The notes below the pieces were generated by a model. That model was not told the origin of the DNA, searched no databases, and worked only from the letters and a program-made list of their open reading frames with translations. 64,000 nucleotides of DNA from Octopus sinensis (lineage: Eukaryota): the NCBI RefSeq assembly GCF_006345805.1, contig NC_043002.1:25420001-25484000 (forward strand). Direction: 5' to 3'. A program made the position numbers and the translations under genes. Of the stretch, positions 1-13,563 are shown one piece after another; positions within the stretch are counted from its first letter, which is position 1; each line of letters starts with the position of its first letter.

Positions 1-1279
1 CTTTGACAGGGCTTGGCAGTGTTTCATTATTTTATACGTTTGCTATATCTGTAATCATATTTTAGATAGTATCTGTAAAGTGATTGAAGCTCTGTGGCTT
101 CTATTATTGATTTAAGTTCTCTTTGACCTTTTTCTTGCTGGTACTAATGGTGGTGGTGGTGGTGGCCGTTGTTTGATTGTTATTAATGTTATCCCTTATG
201 GCAGCATTGATTTCCCTTTTGTTATTGGTGAATTTCTTTAAAACTATTTTCTTCTCTGTTTTCTCTATTTTTGTCATTGTCATTAGTAAGGGTGGAGGTA
301 GTAGTGTTTGTATTGTTAGCTTCTTTGTTGACATCATCATCTTTCTTTGAGGTGGCATTGTCACTGTGATCTATCTATATGTGTATTTACTGAATTTATA
401 TTAGTAGTTGCTGTAGTGACAGTACCAGCCAGTATTTTGATCATGGTAGTTTCTCATAATACCATCCAATATCCAGTATATGGCTTAGCCATAACATATA
501 TGACCAACAAAATTTGTTTTCTTTCTTTGAATCTATTCTATGGAGCTTTGATATCCATAGGTCTTCAGGGCATCTCCTAAGTTTGTAAGCAGCAGATTGC
601 TCTGAAATAGCTTATGCCTGGAGAAACAAATACAGTTTCTCAATTTGCCAGCTTTGTTTCATTGGTTAAAAGAAAAAAAAAATTTACTTTTCTATTGGAA
701 AACACATGCAAAGAAAATGAGCTGATATTAAGGATGGCTGGAGAAAGAAGCAAGGGGAAATTTTGCTTTTCAAATGAGAGGAAGAAAAAGGGGAAAAGTA
801 GTTTTTCTATGCAGAAGTGGGAGAAAAGACAACAAAAGTAAGACCGTGCTGATATGTGGATTAAAAGAGTAAAGTGCTATTATGCAAAAGTTTTGCAGTA
901 ATTAAGTACTATTATTAACATTACAATTACTATACTTAGTTATAATTTTATTTTGTCATTTAAAGTTTTTATGTGTTTACTTAAAAGAATAGAAAAAATA
1001 AATTATCTTTTGAAATTCTGACTCAAAGACTTTTAAGGTCTCTTGAAAAGAAAAAAAACAAACAAACAAAACTTCTCAGAAAATGTTTAAATGCAGCTGT
1101 TAGTGTATATAGAAGTAACATCAGGCCATCAGCAAGGTTTTATTGTATATGTTTTAGTATGATTTAGTATGATGGAAATTTATTGCGGAAAATAGATATT
1201 GTAGTTTGTTACATAGAGAAGAAAGATAAGCTCAACTTTGCTGAATGTCTTTTATTTATTAATTGCATATATATGGGTT

Positions 1280-1308
1280 TGAGTGAGTGAGTGAGTGAGT
1301 GTGTGAGT

Positions 1309-1372
<64 letters not shown>
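1280..1372. repeat. (TGAG)n/(GT)n microsatellite
   Basis: Seen directly in the sequence. Confidence 0.98.
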
Positions 1373-1373
<1 letters not shown>

Positions 1374-3849
1374 TGCCTGTCTGTGTGTCTGTCTTTCTGC
1401 ATATATCATCATCATTATCATCTAGCATCCGCTTTTCTATGCTTGCATGGGTCAGATGAAATTTATCTAGGTAGTTTTTCTACAGCCAGGTGCCCTTCCT
1501 GTCACCAACTCTCACCTGTTTCCAAGCAAAATAATATTTCCCATGGCCAGGCATGTTTTTCTCGGAAAACTGGGAACAATGCCAATTTGATGGTGATTCT
1601 TGTTTACAACCACCCTATGATGTCACGACAAGAATACACAATAACACACACGATCGGCTTCTTTCAGTTTCCATCTACCAAATCCATTCACAAGGCTTTG
1701 GTCAGTTTGAAGCTGAAGTAGAAGGCATTTGCCCAAGGTACCATGCAGTGGGACTGAACCTGAGACCATCTGGTTAGGAAGCAAGCTTCTTAACCACACA
1801 ACATCCATATTACTTGTTGAGTCTAGAGGGAGAGGCAGAGGCTATGATCCTTGCAGGCCTTCTGAGGGTCTAATGCTGTTAACATTCTGTTTAAACTGTT
1901 GCCAGTGAACACTTGCAGAAAAGGCATGCACATGCAAGAGATTCCAAAGGGTCCTTGACGTTCTGGAGAGGAAGGTCTGGCATGATGGTTAGTGTGGGCC
2001 TATGGGTAGATGATTGTGGTTGCAGGAGAGGAGTAAATGTTAAATTGGGTTTATTATTTTAAAATCAGTTTAAGAATGATCACTGGACATATGCTGACGG
2101 GTCAGCTCAGTAATGACTGCTGAGTGAAATGTATTATAAATTTTATATCAATTGAGACTTTCAAGTTTTGTCTAAGATCTTATTCACTCAATCTGGTTTA
2201 ATGAGCCATTATTGGGTGAAACTTCAAGATCCGATGAACATAAAATTTACAATATATAGGGTTGTGTGCGCGTGTCTATATGTCACTTTATAACTTCTGC
2301 TGATGCTATGTGGCTATGTGCTAAGATGCTTGTTTTCCACCCACATGACTCCAGGTTCAGTCTCTCTGCATGGCACCTTGGGCAAGTGTTTTCTACTATA
2401 GCCTTGGGCCGACTAAAGCCTTGTGAGTGGATTTGATAGACAGAAACTGAAAGAAGCTTGATTTTTATATATATATATTATATATATATATAATATATAT
2501 ATATATACATCTTAATAATACCAAAACACTAGAGATGTTTGTGTGTACCCGAAATATCTCAGAAATAGTATATTTTATCTTAATTTTTTTGCATATTTAT
2601 TTTCATACTTACCTTCAGCAGTGCAGTACAAATTTTTGTAGTATTTTGTAGTAAATGAAAACAATCAATTTTTGTTTATTTCTTGACGAAAAAAATACAT
2701 GGCTTCCATGATGTCAACACACACATTTAATGAATGTCATGGCTGTCAATCAACACAAACACGCATCCGCTATCTGTGACATATACACACACATAGACTT
2801 CGCGTTGTCTTAGAAAAAAAAAACTTCAACTTTTTGACGTACACAATATTTTAATTGTTTAGAAATATTTTTAACTGAATGTGATTTCAAAAATGTAAGT
2901 TGTTTCTACAGTAAATATTTATATTTTAGCTTTCTTTAAACAGACAATATTTTTATGTTTTTTAAAATTATTTTCAAGTGAATGGTGATCTTTTGCTTGT
3001 CATCTGGAGTTCATTAATTTCTGTAAAATTTTTTATTTATTTTCTTTTATTTTAAAGTGAAAGATGTATGTATGTGTATATGAAATAGATGTGTGTGTGT
3101 TGTGTGAAAGAGAGAGTGAGTGAAGGGGTGTGTTGTCATGTATATGTACATACATCAATACATATTCGTATGTCTTTTTTGTATGTATGTGTGCGTATGT
3201 GTCAGAGAGAGTGTGTGAGTGACCATGTTCTCATGTATGTGTAAGTGACACTTTTTCTTTCTTTCTCTCTCTCTCTCTCTCTCACAAACACACATGTCCA
3301 GACATTTTTCACTTTCTCTTCTCTTTCACATTAAAACAAAATTAAATAATTAAAGAATTTTTGTGGAAGTTAACGAACAAAACCAGCTAACCCAGATGAC
3401 ATTCCTGAGAGTCAAAGTGACAGTTCTGAGAGTTAAAGCGAAAGATCACCCTAAGGGAATACTATTACAAAAATTTTTTGGAGTGCATTCAACGTATCTC
3501 ATTGTTAAAGATTTGGCTGCTATTTCTAGCATGCCTTCTACCATGTAACAGCTATTTACAATAAAGGACCCAAAATACCTGTTGCATAGGGTGTGTAAGA
3601 AATAGTAGCTAAATCTTTCCTTTTCTGGGGAAAGGAGCTGTTTACACGTGATTTGGATGTCGCATTCGTTGAAAGCATGTGAAATAACCTGGAAAAGAAA
3701 AAAAAACCCATGAAACAAAACTCTGTTGCTGGGAAACTCAGACTTTCCAGGTGACTCGATGAGTCAATTAATGATCTTATCAGTGGCCAGCAAGTAATAG
3801 AAACCATATAGGTAAAACTTAATATAGATATATAAATACTTATATGCAC

Positions 3850-3960
3850 CCTGATACCGTCGGTATCTACATATCAAATTTGAGTGCAATCAGATGGAGG
3901 ATACTCAAGATCCTAGAAGACACACACACAGACAGACAGAACGGATTTTATATAATAGAT
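3850..3960 (+). mobile_element. Possible 3' end of a non-autonomous Helitron/DINE-like element
   Basis: ..acacacagacagacagaacggattttatataatagat resembles such ends. I found no matching 5' end. Confidence 0.3.
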
Positions 3961-4328
3961 AATTATAATTAAGGGTATTGAGAAACAGCTCTTACATGCT
4001 AGAGATAGACATCAAATGAGTCTAAAAACTACTTCAAATTACACTCCATGAGTACAAGGTTGAAAGCAAGGAAATGAATAAAAGAGATTTAGTAAAAATA
4101 TTTTTTTGAGGTTTATTCTCGATCATCCGATTTCTGGTTGAGTAATACAATTACTTTAGCGTCATCAGTAGAATATACCAAAAGTATATAAATGTAAATA
4201 TATACACATACCCATACAAATACATGCATATATATATATATATATATATAATAAATATTAGGGAATAAATCCAAATTTACAGGGAAAAAATCAGATTTAG
4301 GATTAAATCCAATTTTATAGTAAAATAT

Positions 4329-4477
4329 TATATAATATTAATTAGAGACAAAACCACTATTTTGTAAAACAAACAAGAAACAATTGTAGTGGCGTTTTTT
4401 TTTACTTTTTATTAAAATTTTATGTATTGATTAAGTCTTTCCTTGTTTGTTTTACAAAATAGTGGTTTTGTCTCTAA

Positions 4478-4490
<13 letters not shown>
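4329..4490. repeat. Perfect 49-bp inverted repeat with a 64-nt spacer
   Basis: 4329-4377 is the exact reverse complement of 4442-4490. Confidence 0.92.
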
Positions 4491-4523
<33 letters not shown>

Positions 4524-4526
4524 TAT

Positions 4527-5136
4527 CATCTTCATCATCGTTTAACATCCGCTTTCCATGCTAGCATGGTTGAACAATTTGACTGAGGACTGCTGAACCA
4601 CATGGCTGCACCAGGCTCCAATTTGATCTGGCAGAGTTTCTACAGCTGGATGCCCTTCCTAATGCCAACCACTCTGTGTGTGTAGTGGGTGCTTTTACAT
4701 GCCATGTTTTTACATGTGCCAGCAGCACAAGTGCCAGTAAGGCGCGCTGGTAATGACGATGCTTGAATGGTGCTTTTTACGTGCTACTGGCATGGGAGCC
4801 AGTTTGCTGCTCTGGCAACGATCATGCTCGGATGGTGCTCTTAGTGCTCCACTAGCATGGATGCCAATCATCGAATTTGATTTCAATTTCACTTGCCTCA
4901 ACAGGTCTTCGCAAGCAGAGTTTAGTGTCCAATGAAAGAAAGGCACACATAAGTGGGCTGGTTACATCCCTGATATAGGCCACCGGGTTATGGTCTCACT
5001 TAGCTTGCTGGGTCTTCTCATGTACTGCATATTTCCAAAGGTCTCGGTCACTAGTCATTGCCTCGGTGAGGCCTAATTTTCGAAGGTTGTGCTTCGCCAC
5101 CTCATCCGAGGTCTTCCTGCATCTACCCCTTCCATT
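4527..5136 (-). mobile_element. 3' end of an RTE-type LINE: ORF2 C-terminus, 3' UTR and (GAT)n tail
   Basis: Minus-strand GRGRCRKTSDEVAKHNLRKLGLTEAMTSDRDLWKYAVHEK* is followed by a 3' UTR containing ttggcattaggaagggcatccagctgtagaaa. That tail recurs many times in the window. Confidence 0.8.
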
Positions 5137-6604
5137 ATGTTTGTTTAGATCCCAGCAGTGGAAGTTCCAAATGCATATAAATGCTAAACCACAATAGATA
5201 GCCTCAGGAAACACTTTATTGCATCAGTTACAAATTACAGATAACTAGTAACTTCTTACAATAAAGTGTTCCCTGAAGGTCTGTTGTGGTTGAGCAGCTA
5301 TATGCACTTGCAACTTTCATTGCTGGGCTCCAAAGAACCATAATGGTGAAATGTGTGTAAGAATTTTAATATAAGCTTATGTTTATTCTTATTTTACCTA
5401 TGCATATATTGAGGCACAAGCATGTGTTTAAGAAATGCCCTTTGCAACCCAAGGATTCTGGGTTTGATCCCACAGCATAGTACCTTTGGCAAAATATCTT
5501 CCACAGTAACATTGTGCTGATCAGTACCTTGAGAGTGGAAGTTTAAGCAGAGGGAAACTGTCTCTTTTAAATGAATAATTCTTTAATATAATGCATGCAG
5601 TGTGTGTGTGTGTGTGTGTGTGTGATGCATGATGCCAGAGGCACTGTTCTCTGTCCTTTTCAGTATCTTCTATAAGAAGGGTGAAGGGGTCTGATGTTGA
5701 AAGACCTGAAACTGTCTAAGAGCCCAGAAACATCATTGATGATGCATTCCAGAGCATCTGTGAGATGTATCTAGAAACTACATTTAAGGTTTGGAAATAA
5801 TATGGAGTAGTCATGGCTGGATTACTCTTTGATCCTAAGTTTGCTAACTTGGCACAAAACACCACCACCAACAACTGATAAAAGATTTCTTAAAAGAAAG
5901 TTTAGTAAATGAAGTCAACAAAACCAAGCCCATGGAAATAATGATGCTGTGGCCTGAATGTGTATGTAATGTTCACTATAAAATTTTATATATGGGAAGA
6001 ATTTGCCTGCCGTACTTGTTATTTTGTGTTAATGAAGTGAGTAGGTGATTAGTACCTACATTCATAAATGGATTGAGGTATAATCTATGAAAAAAAAAAA
6101 AGGGGGTTTGACCCTGACATTAACAGTTGTAGTATTTTACTAGAAATTTTCTCTTAGAGTATTTCAGCCTTTTTTGTGCTGTACCAGTCATTATATTTCA
6201 GAGTGACCATGCTCCTGGATAGGTTGCCTTTGCCGCAGTCATAGAAGCCACATCTTTTTGAAGGTAGCTCTTTGTATTAGAATAAGAGTAGATTAACAGT
6301 TTTGTAAAGCTACAAGGCAGTTGGTTTGTGAATGAGGCAGCATTTTAGCTGTGAGGCGATACTGGAAATGGTAATGGTAGTGTTTGTGAAAGTGACAGAG
6401 ATGAAGTATTAGATGCAGTAATGGTTTTGATGGTTGTAGGAATGATGATGGTGGTAGAAGTGGTGGTAGTGGTACTAATAGTAATTGATGCAGTGTTGTT
6501 GGGAGATGATAATTATGGTAGTAATGGTGGTGGTTGATGATAATTGTGATAGTAGTGGTGGCAATGTCGATGTTGATGCTAATGTGTATATTTCTATTTA
6601 CCAG

Positions 6605-6703
6605 TTGCACTAAAGATTGGAGCCAAGAAAAACTACCAGCAACATCTGTGATTATAACATTCCATAACGAAGCCCGATCCGCATTATTACGCACTGTGAT
6701 AAG
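6605..6703 (+). CDS. GALNT2: Polypeptide GalNAc-transferase (GALNT2-like) coding exon, 99 nt: [32 protein letters not shown]
   Basis: Acceptor ...tttaccag| and donor |gtaaga. The translation contains the ppGalNAc-T motif [19 protein letters not shown]. It ends in AG, which joins C of the 56829 exon to give AGC (Ser). Confidence 0.93.
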
Positions 6704-9700
6704 GTAAGAGATTTTGGTACCAGTTACATAAATGGTGTTTATGGCAATAATGTCCAGTAATTCTGAATCCAAAGTATAAATGAGATTTATGAATTACTAA
6801 AACTTATAGGTTGGTGGGGGTAATTTATCATTTTTATCACTCATTTCAAAATGATTTCTATCAATCATAATGCAGAAAGTTTTATGTATTTCCGTTGTAT
6901 GCATTTTTTCGGTTTGATATAAGTTGAAATAGAATTTGCTGTTCTTAATTATCCCCCAAAGTACCATTAACCATAACTCAGTCAGGATGCCGTATTTGAA
7001 TTTGAATCCAAAAGAGAAATCGGTTAATGTTATTTTAGAGATGTGAGATAGTAACTAGTGTTCTGGTATGTTCTTGTCAAAGTGAATTACATCACCTGCT
7101 TTTCATGTCCCTGTTTTACATCCACTGCTTTTGATCTCGGGGAAAGTCATGAACTTTTCCATTTTCTTCCTTTTACATGCTTATTTCAGAAATGGTTATA
7201 ATGCACATCTAAACAGCTGGAATTCTCTATCTCTGCAGTTATTGTAAGAACATAAAAACATTTGCTTTGTAGATTTGACTTGAAAACTGTCTCTGTATAA
7301 TCTTACACAGTGACAGGGGACTTTGAGTTGCATCTAATATGGATTGCAACAAATCTGATAAGACTAACGAAGATCTAATAAAAATATATTCCAAAGAATT
7401 TGTTTGAAAACCAGACCACCAAATGTGTTGAAAGAGCTGTTATAGGGTGGTGCTGTTGTGTAAGGAATTAGCATGTGTAGAAGTCTGTTATATTGCAAAA
7501 CTATCAGTATAGGAAAATCAAAGGTAAAGCTGCAGTTGATGGTTTCTATAAAATGTAAGCTATCACATAATATATACACAGCAAACTTTCTTAATACTAG
7601 CTTACACTTGTGTACTGGCAGATAAGAACTTTATAATAAAATAAACAAATAGGTGCAAACAGACAGTGAAGACAACCATTGCATATTTCATACAAATAAT
7701 AAGTAGAAGCATCTCCCATATACATGGTAATAAGAAAATATTTGACCGTGCAGCCCCAGTTCTATGAAGGCACATTAATATCATTGTTGCTACTGCTGAT
7801 GTTTTTGCTACCACATTTTCTGTGCTAGCATGGGTTGGATGAGACTTATTGAGGTAGTTTTCTGTGCTCAGATAACAATTCTTGCTGACAAACACACACA
7901 CACACCTTATAAGAAAATTTGGTTTACAGAAATTAGTAGAAACCTGTTGTATGTGTGTATATGTATGCATGTGTACACATGCACATATATACTTGGTAAG
8001 ATTAATCTATCACAATTAAAGTAAGGCTTTAAAAGCAATCTGTTTATGCTCCTGCACTTAATCAGTCCCAATGAAGCTTTTTGCCACCTCTTATCTTTCT
8101 AACACTCATCCCTCCATCAATCTTCTAACAATGGCACTGTTCAGCTGCTGTAATTGTAAGACAGCAGAAGTTGTAAATATTTCTTCCTGTTTGTGCAACA
8201 AGTTACCACCTTTCTACCTCCCTGGAAACACTTCCTTTAGCATCCATCTCTCATTCTCTATATCATCTCTTTCCACTTTATTTTCCTCTGATTAACTTTT
8301 TCTATCTTCTTAGTATCTCACTCTCTCCTCTGAGGTACATCTTAAGACTACCTTACCTCATCATTAATATTCTTTTGTATCTGCTATCATCCTCAGCACC
8401 ATCTCATATCTGCTGTCGATACCCCCCTCCCACCTTTGTTCCCAATCAATTTTTCCACTGATCAAAGGAAATTAGAAGATGGATGTTAAATAATAATTTT
8501 GATGATTTTGTGTGTAAAAAAAAAAGAGAGAGAGAGAGATAACTATGCTTATCTTTGGTGGCAAATGATGTCTTTGCTATTGTGGCTCATTCAAAATTAT
8601 CAGGAAATAACTGGTGATATTTGTTGAGATTTCCTGTTAGCAAATCATCTTTAAGTTGTTCACTTTTGAATTCCTCTGAAATGACAAAAAAAAAAATCCC
8701 TTAAAAAATAGGTAGAGATTGGTGACATGAAGATCATTTGGTCATTAACATCCTGTCTCCATTTCCTCTTGTCTATACTAGCATGGAAAAAACAGTTATA
8801 TAATGAAATTATTTAATGTAAACTTTTCCATGCTTGTATGGGTCATATGGAATTTATTAAGACAGATTTTGTACAGCTAGATGCTCTTCTTGTTGCCAAG
8901 CAAGGTTTTCCTATGGCCAAACATATTTTTCATGGAAAACTGGAAATGAACAGTCTTGCTTCTATGATGATGATGATGGTCATTTACAGCCATCACCTGA
9001 TGTCTAAACAAGGGTATACGCACATGCACTCATACATGCACATGCACACACCCATCTATGTATATGACTGGCTTCTTTCAGTTTCTGTTTACCAGATTCA
9101 CTTATAAGGTTTCGGTTGGCCTTGTCTGAAGTGGCATACTGTGAGATTGAACCTAAGACCTCCTGGCTGAGGAATAAGCTTCTTAACGTCACAGCCACAT
9201 GTATATCTATGTATCTATCTATCTATAATATGCATGCACGCATATGTGTGTGTGTACATATATATGCACACACTCTTCATGGTCTTGCCAAGGACATAAC
9301 GACCTGAAAGGGACCACGTATACTCTTAAAGTTGTTGATGGAACCAGAAATGAAACATTCAAGCAAGACATGGTCCTCCCACTCATTCTGAGAGCATTGA
9401 CTCCCAATAAGTAATGGCTCAGACAGTGATAGATCCTCCACTCCAACCATGCCAGCAGGAGAAAACAGAAAAAAGAAATAATGATGATAATGATGGTGCT
9501 GATGTATGCACCTGTGATGATATATATATCAGTTTTACATGAAGTATTTTTGGTTCAGAGATATGTTAGTCATTAATATGTTATGAGAAAATTTAATCAC
9601 TGCTAATTATTTCATTAGGATAACATGAAATTTATCATTAGTGTATCAGCTGATTCACAAGTGTGTGTCTGATCTCTCCCTCTCATTCTCTCCCATCTCT

Positions 9701-10279
9701 CCTCTTTTCTCTCTTTCACTCCCTCCTCTCTCTCTCTCATGTATACATAGACATATGTAAACATTTGACCATGGGCTCGTATGTATATATGTATGTGTGA
9801 GAGAGAGTGAACTCTAATAATGTGTTAGAACAACTCCATCAATGATAAGTGGTATTTCATCAATGACAGTGTTCCAGTAATGATATAGAGTAGTTTTATG
9901 AAGAATATATGGTTGTGTTCCAACAGTAGTATAGAGAGAAAAATGTAAATTATTAAACACACACACACACACACACTGAGATTGTGTTTCTGTGTATGTG
10001 TGTGTGTGTGTGTGTGTATATAAAATATATAAAATGTATAGGGTAATGTTCTGTTAATAGGTAGGATCAAAAATAAAAGAAGTACTGCAGCCAGCAAGAG
10101 ATAAATATCATTTAATATACATCAGATTTGAAATCAAGGAACTTTAAGATTCATGCTTACGATAGTACTATCATTGGGTGAACTTGTATAATATGGCATG
10201 TACTGTTGGGCAATATTCCAGTCTCTTTCTCTCTCTCTCAATCTCTCACTCTCTCTCTCTATTTATATATATATATATA

Positions 10280-11636
10280 ATGATAGGCATCTCTTGGCCT
10301 CAGAAGACCATGGATCTGCCCTTGGAGAATTTTGTATCAGCTGCTGATGGTGGTTCAGTATCAGCTATGGCCGTACAGGCCTACATAGGAATGATAGTCT
10401 TGCATGCAGTGACTCCATTTGAAGATGCTTTCCACCGGTGCTCTCGAGTTTTCTATCTTTGAGCATGCTTTTCTTCAATGACAAGTTTCAGTTTCTCTTC
10501 CCCTCACTCTATCCCCTTGCGTAGTACTTGTTTCCAGCATGGTTGATCATTTGCTCCCATCTCACAACTTCCACATCTTTTGACTTCATATCTCTCTTGC
10601 ATACATTCTTGAAACAGACATGAGGTCATCCTTGTCCACGTGTTGGTGGCTAATTCCCCATATAGGAGGTCTTTTAGGTTCCTCCTGTCTGGCATACAGT
10701 ATACATACCAAGCCAGCACAGATGGTACCGTTAGAGCAGGGTGAATATGGTGGGTATCTTGGCATGGTTGAGGACTTCAGTGTTGGTGACTCAGTTGGTC
10801 CACTTGATATGGCTACAAAGGTGGAAGATGTTTAGACGATGCTCCTGCCTAGAGTAGAGGCTCATGTTTTGCTGCTGTAAAGTAGTGTACTGAGGACACT
10901 TGCTTTGTTGACAGCATTCTGAGTGTTTGTTAATTTTCTGTTCTTCCAGACTCTTTTTGTCAGCCTGGCAAATGAGGAGGTGTGCTTGTCCAACTTGCCT
11001 GCTGATTTCATGGTCCAAGGAGAGATTATCAGTAATGATACAACCGAGCTAGGTGAATTCATGGACTACCTCCAACTTGTAGTTAGTGAAGGTGGCAGGG
11101 TGCTTGACACTTTAGTCCAGTATATTGGTTTTCTTCATGCTGAATTCCTGGCAGACCTTTGAGAGTTTGTTCACAAGGTACTGCATTTGTTCCTCAGTGT
11201 CCTGTCCAATGCTGTGTTGTCTGCAAACAGCATTTCTCTGATGAGTACTTGACAAACCCTGGATTTTGCTTTCAGCCTTGACTGAACTAAACAGTTTCCT
11301 GCTTGATCTAGTATGGAGATAGACACATTCCAAATGCATGTTTCAGTATGATTACAAAAAGAATCCAAACAGGATGGGAGCAAGCACACAGTCCTGTTTC
11401 ACACTGCTGCATATGTTGAATGTCTCTGAAGAAGAGCCATCAAATTAAATGACACCTTTCGTATCCACATGGAACAATTGGACTGTCCTGAGAAGTCTTG
11501 GAGTACAGCCATTCTTGACGTACTAAGTAGGTCGAAAGCCTTTGTGAGGTCAATGAAGGTGATATAGAGTGGCTGCTTTTGTTTTTGGCACTTCTTCTGC
11601 AGCTGTCAGAGAGAAAAAATGTCAATTGTAGAGTGT
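10280..11636 (-). mobile_element. Degenerate RTE-clade (BovB-like) LINE, RT domain to 3' end
   Basis: Frameshifted minus-strand fragments include LIREMLFADN, FARLTKRVWKNRKLT, VLSTLLYSSKT and a C-terminal CHSYVGLYGHS zinc-finger-like segment. Confidence 0.85.
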
Positions 11637-11762
11637 TCTATCTAATCTGAAACCACATATATATCTCTCTTGCGGGTACTTGGTGACCTCACCAGAACTG
11701 GTGCTACATAAAATTTACCTAGTACACTCTGTCTGTTAAGTGGTTGATATAAGTAAGAGCAT

Positions 11763-12412
11763 TGGTCAATATAAAGACCTTCACCTGGGAACAAAAAAAA
11801 AAAATTAACCAGCCTGTGGGGTGTTAACAAGTGTGTGGAAAGCGTACGGAATACCACGTTTTTGGTTATGGAGGATCTGATTCTGAAAAAAAAATTTTCA
11901 AAAATTGCAATTTCAAAATTTCGATTCCCCCCTCCCCCTTTCATTTTTCACTTTTTCCAGATTTTTTTTTGGTGAAATACATAGAAAAATATGAAGATTA
12001 TAATTCTGAAAAAGCTTGTAAAATTTCAATTTTTCAACAAGGTAAAAAAAGAAAATATTCCCTCTGGCCTTCAAGCCAGCTATCCACATGCTAGAAATAA
12101 CAGACAAATCTCACAAAAAATGAAATTTTGAAAATGTGATTTTTGAAAATTTTTGTTTCAGAATCTGATTCTCCATAACCAAAAGCATAGGATTCCATAA
12201 AAAAAAAAATCAATATATATCCATTTTACCCGGAAAATTTTTCCATTTATTATGGAAAAATCGGATCTTGTGAATTTTCTGAAAGTTCCCTCCCCACCCC
12301 CAGGGTCGTCAGCATGCATTATTTTTTTCGTATTTGTTTTCCACACACTTGTTAACACCCCCCAAGCTGGTTGATTTTTTTTGTTCATGGGTAAGGATCT
12401 TTATATTGACCA
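11763..12412. mobile_element. Non-autonomous TIR element (650 bp) with TG..CA ends and a 6-bp TSD; superfamily unclear
   Basis: TIRs of about 75-79 bp (11763-11841 / 12338-12412) and a second internal inverted pair (11860-11921 / 12123-12184). Flanks are gagcat / gaacat. It interrupts an RTE-tail repeat. Confidence 0.75.
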
Positions 12413-13528
12413 GAACATCTGGCTGTAGGACCCATGCCAAAGCAGATATAAAACCTGGTGGAGCCCTCAAGCTTGTCTGTTCTTGTGAAACTGTCCAGCC
12501 CATGCCAGCATGGAAAAAAAGGGCGTCAAATAATGATGATGATATATGTGTGGGAATACACACACACACACATGTGCTTATACATATGCTGTATACTGAG
12601 AAAACATGTTGATGGCATTAATGGTAGTTGTTGGGGGCCATGATAGTAGTGGTGGTAGTAAAAGTACTAGCAGTATAGTTTTGGGGAAATAACTTTCACT
12701 ACTAACAGCAGCGACAACAATGTTAACAACAATATTAAACTGGTGTCAAGAAAGAGGGCACGGATGGTGGTGTTGTCATGGCTGCTTTTTATTGGTTTTG
12801 CAGATGTTAAGTTGTAATATGGTATTTTAGACTGATGGTAGTAAATACTGATTCTGTATGTGTCTATGCATTTCTGTGTTTATCTGTGTGTGAATATGTG
12901 TGCGTATCTCTGTATGTGTGTATCTATGTGCATGTGTGTTTTTTTTTGTGTGTGCATGTATGTATGTAAATTTATGTATGTCCTTAAGCAAGCTTTTCAT
13001 ATCATATTGCGCCAGTCTTCTCAGCTAAAAATAAGAACCAACCAGTTGACGGTGCAGTCCTCTCTCCTTCCAGCTGTCACATCTTTGATGCTCCCTTGGG
13101 GCAAGGATGATGGGACTGAGAAGGTGTCTATATCTGCTTCTGACTACGGAGGTACCTAAAACAGCAAAAGCATGGTACATGTTATCAAGCCTGTGTGCAG
13201 ATGTATGTTTGCATGTGTGGGTTGGCATGTATGAGTGTTTATGCCTGCTTATATATCTATATATATATCTATATATATGCTTGTATGTATGTGTGTGTGT
13301 ATGCCTGTTTCTTTCTATGTGTAGGTTTCTATGTGTGATACTTCTGTGTGTATGTTTGTGTCTCCTCTTTTATTTGTTTCAGTCATTGCACTGTGGCCAT
13401 GCTGAGGCACTGCTTTGAAGGGTTTTAGCTATACAAATCACCATTAATACTTTTGCTGAACTGCTAAGTTATGAGGATATAAAGAAACCAACACTGGTTG
13501 TCAAGTGGTGATGAGAGACAAGCATAAG

Positions 13529-13563
<35 letters not shown>

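Noticed and set aside
4115-4172. Minus-strand CUGAUGA...GAAA with a small internal stem, a possible fourth hammerhead
   Set aside because: Stem II does not abut the core, and no stem I or stem III pairing fits around a cleavage triplet.
1-6604. Search for the preceding GALNT2 exon (and, after 60224, the following exon)
   Set aside because: I found no segment with the expected translation and splice sites; these exons probably lie outside the window.
6293-6772. 159-aa minus-strand ORF
   Set aside because: It is the antisense shadow of the GALNT2 exon plus a trinucleotide low-complexity tract.
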